Below the pieces are notes generated by a model. That model was not told where the DNA came from. It saw only the letters and a program-made list of their open reading frames with translations, and made no database searches. A stretch of DNA of 64,000 bases from Candidatus Woesebacteria bacterium RIFCSPHIGHO2_02_FULL_42_20 (GTDB lineage Bacteria; Patescibacteriota; Microgenomatia; UBA8517). Location of the stretch: positions 64,692 to 128,691 of the forward strand of contig MGGS01000013.1 in assembly GCA_001792535.1 (NCBI GenBank), written 5' to 3'. Within the stretch, counting starts at the first letter, position 1. Each line of letters starts with the position of its first letter. A program made the translations under genes and the position numbers. This document shows, one piece after another, positions 17,546 to 25,453 of the stretch.

Positions 17546-18601
17546 TTAAGGGGTACCTGTTCTTACCAATTGTCTTGCGAATAATTCTGTACCAAAACCA
17601 GATACGACCGTTGTTTCCTTCAGGTTAGAGGAAAGCCTTGCAACCCAATCTACTACGCCACCGTCAATAAAATCAACATCACCAACAAAGATTGTAAAAA
17701 CTTGTCCACTGTAATGTCCCCTTCCATACAATCTATCTAGTTGAAATGTATAAGTGACGTTTGGCTTGGGTGGTAAGCTTGTTAATACTCTTTCTATGGT
17801 TAAAAGTTCACCACCTATGTTTAACCCACCTGCTTGCTTTTGTGTTTCTGGCAAATTTATTATTTTCTGAGGTAATCTGCCTTGTAGGTTGTCAGCAAAT
17901 GATTCCGTCAAAAACTTGCCCTGTGTTTCCAGTTCGGCCGAACTTAAACTTGAAGAACTTTCTGGTAGTATTTTATTTGCTATTCCAACATTACCAACAC
18001 AAACCTCTAAATTTGATCCTGGTGAAATTTCACCAATAGCATTCAAGTAATAATCTATAAGATTTCTTAGAATTGAGATTTCTGGCGATCTATTATTGGT
18101 GTGTCTTAAAATCGAATCTGCTGTACCGAACATTTCAAAAGAAGTGAGATAATTTTTATCAGTATAACGTTGCAACCTCACACATTTATGAACTGCTCCA
18201 AGTTTAATTCCATTCTTGTTACCTTGTGATCTTCTTCTGTACACTTCCGTAGCTAATTGAGTGGTAGGGTCTGCAACTACATCTGCAGTTCTACCCGTAA
18301 CATGCGCCACTTTTAATGGTGATGTTCTTGCCAAAATCGAGTCCAACCCGAAAGGACTAAGAGCAGATAGATAAATCATTTCTCTGCCCCCCCGTTTCTC
18401 AAAGAGGATATTACCAATATTATGTAACACAAGTGCAGCTTCTCCGCTCAATGGTTGTCCGAAATCCCCATGGATTAGCCTTCTAATCGCCTGCAAATCA
18501 ATCTCTGCTTTACTAATTTTTCTGTGAAGTGCAGCTCTATAATCGGTATCGATTTTATCATTATTTAGATCTACACCTGCGACTCTATTTTCAATAGTCA
18601 T
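17546..18601 (-). CDS. hypothetical protein (351 aa), terminal gene of the island operon
   Basis: Long ORF packed 4 nt from the upstream methyltransferase. No motif recognised by eye (no P-loop, no radical-SAM Cys cluster). Confidence 0.4.
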   Translation of the reverse strand: MTIENRVAGVDLNNDKIDTDYRAALHRKISKAEIDLQAIRRLIHGDFGQPLSGEAALVLHNIGNILFEKRGGREMIYLSALSPFGLDSILARTSPLKVAHVTGRTADVVADPTTQLATEVYRRRSQGNKNGIKLGAVHKCVRLQRYTDKNYLTSFEMFGTADSILRHTNNRSPEISILRNLIDYYLNAIGEISPGSNLEVCVGNVGIANKILPESSSSLSSAELETQGKFLTESFADNLQGRLPQKIINLPETQKQAGGLNIGGELLTIERVLTSLPPKPNVTYTFQLDRLYGRGHYSGQVFTIFVGDVDFIDGGVVDWVARLSSNLKETTVVSGFGTELFARQLVRTGTP

Positions 18602-18604
18602 AAA

Positions 18605-19414
18605 TTAATTTAACTTCTTGGCTACTAAAATACACTGTTCTGAATCTATGTTTAAAGGTTCACCTTTGTAGCTTCCAAATGCCCTCAGAAAATGTAAACC
18701 TACACTTTCACACATCCTAATCAACTCTGAAAGTGTGTAGAATCTTATAACCATGTCAGTTCTCCGGACTTCACCATTAGGTTTTATTTTTGTGCGAGTT
18801 TCATGGTTGCGTGAAGTTAAAAAGTCGAATTTACGTTCAATTAGTACTTTTGTTCCGTCAGAATAGCTAACCCAATCTCGGGCTTGGTATATTCTCATAA
18901 TCCTTTCCCTATTAAAAAAATCCAACAAAAACCCCCCTCCATTTTTAAGTGACGTAGCTGCATTTTGAAGCACTCTTAAGTCGTCCTTCTCATCTTTAAA
19001 ATAACCAAAAGATGTAAACATGCTTATTACCACATCAAACCTGTTTTTGAAAGATACTCTACGCATATCAATTTTTATTAACTTAACCTTAAGTTTTAAC
19101 TTTATGGCATCGGATTTAGCCTTATTCAAATACCTCTTATTAATATCAATGCCTGTCAAAATATAACCTCTTTTAGCCAGCTCTAGCGTATGTCGACCAC
19201 TACCACAGGCTAAGTCAAGAATTTTATCGCCTCTTTTAAGGGTTAAGGCTTTTTCTAAAAAGTCAGCTTCTTTTTTTGTTCTATCTAAAGATATATATTC
19301 TGAAAATTCTTTAAAATAATCTTCGTTAAAGAATGGGTTAGTTTCTTCGTACCAATTATCATCATCTTTTCCCCGAAAATTATTATTACTATCTCTTCCT
19401 AATAATTTAGTCAT
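18605..19414 (-). CDS. class I SAM-dependent methyltransferase
   Basis: Motif I ILDLACGSGRHTLELAKRG, with the acidic post-I and motif II regions present. Confidence 0.7.
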   Translation of the reverse strand: MTKLLGRDSNNNFRGKDDDNWYEETNPFFNEDYFKEFSEYISLDRTKKEADFLEKALTLKRGDKILDLACGSGRHTLELAKRGYILTGIDINKRYLNKAKSDAIKLKLKVKLIKIDMRRVSFKNRFDVVISMFTSFGYFKDEKDDLRVLQNAATSLKNGGGFLLDFFNRERIMRIYQARDWVSYSDGTKVLIERKFDFLTSRNHETRTKIKPNGEVRRTDMVIRFYTLSELIRMCESVGLHFLRAFGSYKGEPLNIDSEQCILVAKKLN

Positions 19415-19417
19415 TAT

Positions 19418-20416
19418 TCAAATTACTGATCTGGAAATTTGTATTTTTCTTGTCTTAGTATCAATTAAACAGCTTGTTCCAATCGGAATAGTTGCTATCG
19501 GGTCAGTATGGCCAAAACTGACATCATATAGAACTGGTATATTTAGGCCTTTTAATATATCTTCTAAAACATCTTCTAATCTATCTGCTTTATTAAACCC
19601 AGAATTAGTTGCAAATTTGCCAAATACAATGCCCTTTATTTTACTAAATACACCTTGCTGTCTTAACCCTGTTAGATAATGATGTAACTGAGCAGTGTTT
19701 GTTTCCTCGCTTCCCTCCAAAAATAAAATGCGCCCTATAAAAGATGGACAATATGGAGTATCAATAACCGAACCTAAAGTCTCTATATTCGCCGCTACAA
19801 TTTTACCGCGTGCAGAACCCACTCTAAATACTCTTACACCATCGTTCTTTTTTATCTTTCTGTGTTCGTCGTCTTTCCTTAGATAAAAGGCATCATCCGC
19901 ATAATATTTTGGTGTTCCGATAACAGTTTTTTTCTTAGGCTTAACGCAAGTATCGGAAAAAGAACTCCATGTATATTCAAAGAAATCGGGTTTAGCAAAA
20001 GATATTACAGAAGGCCCCATAAAAGTTATCAGACCTGTTTTTTTATAAATCCCCAGTAGGAGAGAAGTTGTATCGGAAAATCCTATAAAAATTTTAGGAT
20101 TTCTTTTTATTAAATCATAATTTATATATTCCAACAATTGATTAGAGTTATATCCTCCCCAAAATGTCATTATGCAACTTATTTCTTTGTTCTCAAAAAA
20201 TTCGTGAATTGCGCGAACTCTATCTTCAATGGTTCCTGCTGAGTGCCCGTAAATTTTCCTACATTGAGGATGTTCTACAACCTTCAAGCCATGGTTTTTC
20301 AATATTCTATAACCCTTTTGTATTACCTCTTCTTTACATTCTGTTATTGGTATGGAAAGTGCAATAACACCAATCGTTTCACCATTATTTATTCGAGGAG
20401 GTTTTATTATCTTCAT
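19418..20416 (-). CDS. S66 family LD-carboxypeptidase (MccF/LdcA-like)
   Basis: …GETIGVIALSIPI…FIGFSDTTSLLLGI… The nucleophile serine sits in a GFSD context, and the protein is ~330 aa, typical of peptidase S66. Confidence 0.7.
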   Translation of the reverse strand: MKIIKPPRINNGETIGVIALSIPITECKEEVIQKGYRILKNHGLKVVEHPQCRKIYGHSAGTIEDRVRAIHEFFENKEISCIMTFWGGYNSNQLLEYINYDLIKRNPKIFIGFSDTTSLLLGIYKKTGLITFMGPSVISFAKPDFFEYTWSSFSDTCVKPKKKTVIGTPKYYADDAFYLRKDDEHRKIKKNDGVRVFRVGSARGKIVAANIETLGSVIDTPYCPSFIGRILFLEGSEETNTAQLHHYLTGLRQQGVFSKIKGIVFGKFATNSGFNKADRLEDVLEDILKGLNIPVLYDVSFGHTDPIATIPIGTSCLIDTKTRKIQISRSVI

Positions 20417-20422
20417 AAGTAA

Positions 20423-21226
20423 TTAAAATAAGATAATTTCTCGAAAATTCCTTTTTCTTAATATAAACACTCCGTATGACAAATATTTCATATTTTCACT
20501 GAATAACGTCATGATATTGAACATTCTGTTTATTGCGGCTTCTTCAATATTAGCCTGCCATCTCTTTTGACGAACAAGCTCGGTACAGTAATTCAGTATT
20601 TTCTCCTGGGTAACAGGCTCTGTCTTATTTTTATAACAATAATACATTTCAAGGTCCGCTTTGCTATAGTGATCTATCCAGTACTTTATTGGCCAGGGTA
20701 GTATTTTTGTTCCCATTAAGTGATTGATTTTATCAATCAACTTCTTGGGAGGTTTAGAATGGTAATAAAAATTGATATCGCCAACAAAACCCCAATCTTT
20801 GGTGGTTCTTCTGTATTCGCTTAATGCCCGTGGTATATCAGTGATGAAGGCTGTAGAGCCACCACTCATTACCAAATCAAATTCCCCATTTTCAAATGGT
20901 AAACTCTTTCCGTCTGCTTTAATAAAATTTACATTTCTCTTTAGATCAGAGTGATATTCATCGAGCATCCTGTTGGCTGTTTTTATCATTTTCCCGCTTA
21001 TATCTATCCCCGTTACTTTGCAATGAGTTAAGTGGGCAATCTCAAAAGAACAAAACCCAGTATTACAACCAACATCCAGAACTCTTGAGTTCCTATCTAA
21101 AAAGGTATTTTGTACGAGTTTTTTTATAGAATCTTTTCCTCCGGGGGGACGGTTGATCTCATCGAGCGTAGCTATAAGTTTAACGTAACTAAGTCTTTCT
21201 ATTAATTCTGGTGTAATCTTATCCAT
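20423..21226 (-). CDS. class I SAM-dependent methyltransferase
   Basis: Motif I VLDVGCNTGFCSFEIA. Confidence 0.7.
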   Translation of the reverse strand: MDKITPELIERLSYVKLIATLDEINRPPGGKDSIKKLVQNTFLDRNSRVLDVGCNTGFCSFEIAHLTHCKVTGIDISGKMIKTANRMLDEYHSDLKRNVNFIKADGKSLPFENGEFDLVMSGGSTAFITDIPRALSEYRRTTKDWGFVGDINFYYHSKPPKKLIDKINHLMGTKILPWPIKYWIDHYSKADLEMYYCYKNKTEPVTQEKILNYCTELVRQKRWQANIEEAAINRMFNIMTLFSENMKYLSYGVFILRKRNFREIILF

Positions 21227-21237
21227 TTACCAATTAT

Positions 21238-21618
21238 TCATTGTAGTTTTCTTGTTATTTCCTTACGTGTCACACTCGATGGACCAAATAAGGTTGAGAT
21301 TTTGTTAAATAATTCTCGTGCTTTATTACTATTGTCTTTTGAGTAGTTACATATAAACACGTTCAAGCTAACGTATCTATATTCAGGCCAAATATGGAAA
21401 GCAATATGAGACTCCGCCAAGGCAACTACTCCAGTTATTCCTCCATTTCCAAACTGATGATAGTACGAACCCAATTCTAAAAAACCTACTGACTTAATTA
21501 ACAAAGAGATTAAAGTCTGTATTTTCCTTTTAGATAAGTTGTTGATTTTTTTTTCATCGTTTCCCCACAAATCACCTACAATTTCTAGACCAACAATTTC
21601 AATTTTTTTACTCATCAT
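21238..21618 (-). CDS. pyruvoyl-dependent S-adenosylmethionine decarboxylase-like protein (SpeH/SpeD small type)
   Basis: …FGNGGITGVVALAESHIAFHIWPEYRYVSLNVFIC… aligns with the SpeH self-processing site (…[23 protein letters not shown]…). The ES|H serinolysis site is conserved. Confidence 0.75.
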   Translation of the reverse strand: MMSKKIEIVGLEIVGDLWGNDEKKINNLSKRKIQTLISLLIKSVGFLELGSYYHQFGNGGITGVVALAESHIAFHIWPEYRYVSLNVFICNYSKDNSNKARELFNKISTLFGPSSVTRKEITRKLQ

Positions 21619-21623
21619 ATCTG

Positions 21624-22670
21624 TTAAAAAGTAAATTTCTGACCATTAAATCTTGGTAAAGTTTGCATGTCTCGAATGTCGTTATGTTTTAGTAACCATA
21701 GAAAAAATCTCTCTACCCCTAGCCCGAAACCAGAAGTTTGAACAGGCACCTCATCCTTAATTGTTATATACCATTTATAAGGAGTTTCATCTATTTGATG
21801 TAAAGTAAGGGCTTCCCGCACTTCTTGTCCAGAAAGGTGGCGTTCTCCTGATCCAATAGTCTCACCAATACCCATCAGGAGGTCTGCATTAAGAGCTATC
21901 TTTTTATTTGCTCCAGGCGCAAATTTTTGATAGAAGGGAACAGCCATATGATCAAAATTGGTAAGCCAGACATATCCACCAAAATATTTCATCAATTCCG
22001 CTTCCCCTTTGCTATTAATATTTCGGTAAAGCGCATAACTCTCTACAAAATCGGGGTTGTTATCTAGAATTCTGACTGCCTCTTCAAAGGTGCATTTTGG
22101 TATGTTATATCCGTGCTGTGAGATATACTTAATATGTTCAGTAGTACCAGCAACAGATAATATCTCTTTTTCTAAAGTTTTAAGAAAGTGATTAGAAAGA
22201 TAAACGATATATTGCTCACAAAGTTTAATTACATTATCTAGTGTACCAATAATTTCTGCCTCGGAGTGGTAAAACTGGCCAAGATGACGCTCATCGGCTG
22301 ACTCGCCTCTAAATGATGGCGCGACATAATAAACGCCTTCTTTGTTTATTCGACAAGAGTATTCTAGAAAAAATTGCATGGAATCAGCCAAATAAGTATC
22401 AATTCCAGCAATTTGTACGTGCACTGGCACAGAGTCGCTACCCAAACCCATGGGACTGGAAATTGATCCAGTTGTAATTGGAAGTTGTACAGATTTAATA
22501 CCTCTCTGGCGGTAAAAGCTGACAGTTGCAAAGTTGAATTCGTCCTGTAATAAAGCCAATACTCTATACCATTCGTTTCTTAATGGAATTTTGTAATGAG
22601 TGGACAAATCTTTCCAAGATTTTGGTGGTTTTATTTTATTGTTCATATTAATAAAAATTAACTTGACCAA
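21624..22670 (-). CDS. stand-alone class II aminoacyl-tRNA-synthetase catalytic-core paralog (AsnA/AsnRS/AspRS-like; no anticodon-binding domain)
   Basis: Motif 2 PSFRGESADERHLGQFYHSEAE and motif 3 GFGLGVERFFLWLL of subclass IIb synthetases. At 348 aa it is too short to carry an OB anticodon-binding domain. Confidence 0.65.
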   Translation of the reverse strand: MVKLIFINMNNKIKPPKSWKDLSTHYKIPLRNEWYRVLALLQDEFNFATVSFYRQRGIKSVQLPITTGSISSPMGLGSDSVPVHVQIAGIDTYLADSMQFFLEYSCRINKEGVYYVAPSFRGESADERHLGQFYHSEAEIIGTLDNVIKLCEQYIVYLSNHFLKTLEKEILSVAGTTEHIKYISQHGYNIPKCTFEEAVRILDNNPDFVESYALYRNINSKGEAELMKYFGGYVWLTNFDHMAVPFYQKFAPGANKKIALNADLLMGIGETIGSGERHLSGQEVREALTLHQIDETPYKWYITIKDEVPVQTSGFGLGVERFFLWLLKHNDIRDMQTLPRFNGQKFTF

Positions 22671-23082
22671 ACAGTTATAAAGTCAATTTGTGTATTATAG
22701 ATATGAAAATTGTAATTAACAAACATTTTCTTCACCCGTTATTCATTTTGTGTTGTGCTGTCGATGAAATGTTTGATCTTTCGACTTGCCCTGTGTGAAA
22801 ACATAATTTGAAAACCCGTGTCTTTGGGTCTGTATTTGCAATGCTTTTACAAGATGCAGAGCTGTTGTTTCTTGTGGGTATAAATGATCTTTCTTCATAA
22901 CATTACATTAAAAAACCTCCTTTCAGGAGGCTTGATTCAAAGAAAGTTTATTACATCAAACCTCCGCCTTGGTCCGATTGACAAGGCGAGAGAGATGAAT
23001 GTAAAAGACAAGATATTTACGCATACGAGGGTATTATAATCTCTCCCCATAATTTTGTAAAGAAATTTTGTAAAGTGGGAAG

Positions 23083-23115
23083 CTCCTATAGTATTGCACT
23101 AGAGGATTTGGGTGG
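23083..23115. repeat. right copy (R2) of the 33-bp direct repeat
   Basis: CTCCTATAGTATTGCACTAGAGGATTTGGGTGG abuts the TATAAT of the rel/spoT gene. Confidence 0.75.
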
Positions 23116-23121
23116 TATAAT
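23116..23121 (+). promoter_or_regulatory. -10 box (TATAAT) 6 nt upstream of the rel/spoT ATG; probable leaderless transcript
   Basis: GGTGGTATAATTTGCCAATG: the ATG at 23128 falls where transcription initiation is expected. There is no SD. Confidence 0.4.
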
Positions 23122-23127
23122 TTGCCA

Positions 23128-24946
23128 ATGTCGATAGCTGAGAATAGAAGCTTTTTTGCCTCTCCTGAGATTGATCCCCAATCCAGACTGGGGATTCTTA
23201 ATATGAATGATGACGACTTAACTGGTCAAGTTCTTCAGGCGTATAAGGTAGCTGAATCGGCTCATAGAGGGCAGAGGAGGTTCTCGGATGAGCCTTATAT
23301 AAATCACTGTTTGGCGACTTTGAGAATTTTGGAAGCTATGGGCATTGAGGATTCAGAGATGCTTATGGCAGCCTTGTTGCATGATGTGGTTGAAGATGAT
23401 ACCGGAATCAATTTGGCAGCGCTAGAGCAGGAATTCGGCAATAGCGTTGCCCAACTGGTTGACGGGGTAACTAAACTACACACCGGAGATCAAGAAACAG
23501 CAGAAGCTTTAAGAGTTGTATCTTTATCTTACCTTGAGCCCAAGGTTGCAATTCTGAAGCTTGCTGATCGATTGCATAACATGATGACTTTGGGGAGCGT
23601 ACCGGACAATGAAAAGAGGATTTAGAAAGGCTAGGGAAACTTTGGAAGTCTACGCCCCTCTGGCCGAGTCACTGGGGATGTATGAAGTAAAAACTTTACT
23701 TGAAGATCTTGCTTTTGCACATATTGCCCCAGATCAGTTCGTACCGGTAAAAAGAAAGGTGGATCAGGATCCCAGATTAGATGATAAGTTTTTAGCATAT
23801 TGGATATCTAGGATTCAGGCGATACTTGACGAGAAGGGAATTAAAGGCTAGATTGAAGTCGCTCGGAATGGCTATTTTACTATAGAGACTAAGCGAAAAA
23901 ACTTGGGCAGTGCTGATACAAGGGGAATTGACGATCTAGTAAGTATAAGGGTGATCCTTCCAACACTCGATGATTGTTACCTGGCGAATGGTTTGTTGCA
24001 TATAAATCTTGGCGAAATTGTGGATTATAGTAGATTTGATGAATTCGTGGGAGCCAATGCCAGAGTCAATGGCTACTCTGCACTCCAGACAACCCTTGAG
24101 ACAAATCAGGGATCTTTAGAGGTTGCCTTGGTGACGCCGCAAATGGAAGAATTTAACCGCTGGGGAGTTGTCAGTTTACTCAGGCGTGGAGAGAGAGATC
24201 TTGAACATTTTACGCTGAAATCGGCTTTCGGGTCGGATGGAAAGGTTTTGTTTTTACCTAAACTGGCGACTGGAGTTGACTTGGTTTGTGCCATGGGGTC
24301 TAGGCTTTTGGCTAATGCCAATGCGATAAAAATAGACAATAGAGAGTTTCCGTTGACGGTAGTTGTTCCCAATGCGGCCAGATTTGAGGTAATTCTTGGT
24401 AATGAAGCAAGAATTGCCCCACTCCCGGAGCTTCTGGATTATTGTCTCCCCGCGACAAAGAGAATAATACTGGGACAGCTGGAAGTTGCGGAAAGATACG
24501 AACTGGCTAGTAAAGGCAAAAAAATATTGGAAGGAGTTCTTTCTCCTCGGGGAATTTTGGATCTCGGGGATGTCGAAGGAGTGGTCAGGGATTTGATCTA
24601 TTCACACGGTAGCCTGGAAGGCTTATATCTCAAAGTCGGATCTGGAGTAGTAAGCAGAGAAGAGGTTGCTCACTGGCTGGATGCTCACGGAATAACTAAA
24701 GATCGGTTGAAGTTAACAACAGTTCGTGTTGCAGGACTTGATCAGCCGGGTATCTTAGATGACCTGATACATCTGATTCGCAGGCAAGGCGATGGTGTTA
24801 ATATTAAAGGAATAGACCTACAAGGGGGAGACGATAACAGGTTTACATTGCGCTTAGTTGTTGAGCAGCTGGAATCTTCGTCGGAAGAAGCTATTCGGGT
24901 GGAAATAGGAAAAGATAGCCGTTTTGATGAATGGGTTGTGGTTTGA
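23128..24946 (+). pseudogene. RelA/SpoT-family (p)ppGpp synthetase/hydrolase homolog disrupted by a +1 frameshift (~23611-23625) and an in-frame TAG (23849-23851)
   Basis: Three consecutive ORFs (23122-23625, 23609-23851, 23903-24946) together cover the HD hydrolase domain (HRGQRRFSDEPYINHCL…LLHDVVEDD), a degenerate synthetase region (…DLVSIRVI…NGYSALQT), TGS and a C-terminal ACT domain (VRVAGLDQPGILDDL). The frame changes at an A-run. Confidence 0.65.
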
Positions 24947-24970
24947 GTTTCGAAATTCGACTTCTATTTT

Positions 24971-25225
24971 TTGCGTTTTGGGGTGTGGCGTAGTATCATG
25001 GCGGTCATGAAAGAGAATTTTTTGGGTCGACTATTTGGCCATCCTAGAGCTGGAAGTACACCGGCGAAGATTGCTGAAGAGGTTGCGGTTCCTGAAAGTG
25101 CGCTCCCCTATGGTTTATGGGATGGAAAACCAAGTCTTACGGAACATGGCCGCTTGGTGGATGTAACGCTTTTTTCAGCAGCGCCTTCTCTGAATGCTAA
25201 CTCCGGAGGTTCAGGAGGTGATTGA
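24971..25225 (+). CDS. hypothetical small protein
   Basis: 84-aa ORF with a Gly-rich C-terminus and no recognisable motif. It is more GC-rich than its neighbours. Confidence 0.25.
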   Translation: MRFGVWRSIMAVMKENFLGRLFGHPRAGSTPAKIAEEVAVPESALPYGLWDGKPSLTEHGRLVDVTLFSAAPSLNANSGGSGGD

Positions 25226-25244
25226 TTTTGTCAAGAATGAGAGG

Positions 25245-25440
25245 TATCATATTTCCAAACCATTTGAGCTTGACTAACATCGAGCAAGGTGAAGGAAGAA
25301 AGCCTTTTGGCAAATAGACCCTTCCGGAGGCGCCCGTAAAAGCGCATAAATGAAGTAAAATTAAGGGTGGCACCGTCCTGAGCGGAATCGAAGGACCCCT
25401 GAAGATTTCTAATATTTAGAAGTTTTCAGGGGTTTTTCTG
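25245..25440 (+). promoter_or_regulatory. T-box riboswitch leader of aspS
   Basis: Conserved T-box sequence AATTAAGGGTGGCACCG (25359-25375). It is followed by an intrinsic terminator CCCCTGAA…TTCAGGGG-TTTTT (25396-25437). A GGTGA K-turn-like element and an AGAGG box lie upstream. The specifier codon was not confidently assigned. Confidence 0.6.
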
Positions 25441-25453
25441 TTAAAATGAAATT

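Noticed and set aside
22909-22940. Hairpin CCTCC-TTTCA-GGAGG read as an intrinsic terminator of an upstream minus-strand gene
   Set aside because: There is no minus-strand gene upstream of it; the next gene, at 23128, is on the plus strand. It more likely belongs to the leader of the island operon, embedding the AAGGAGG SD. The function remains unproven.
23849-23851. Stop-codon reassignment (TAG sense) explaining the interrupted rel/spoT
   Set aside because: TAG, TAA and TGA all terminate well-supported neighbouring genes at expected positions with ATGA/GTGA overlaps. A frameshift also separates the first two segments. Pseudogene or assembly error is more parsimonious.
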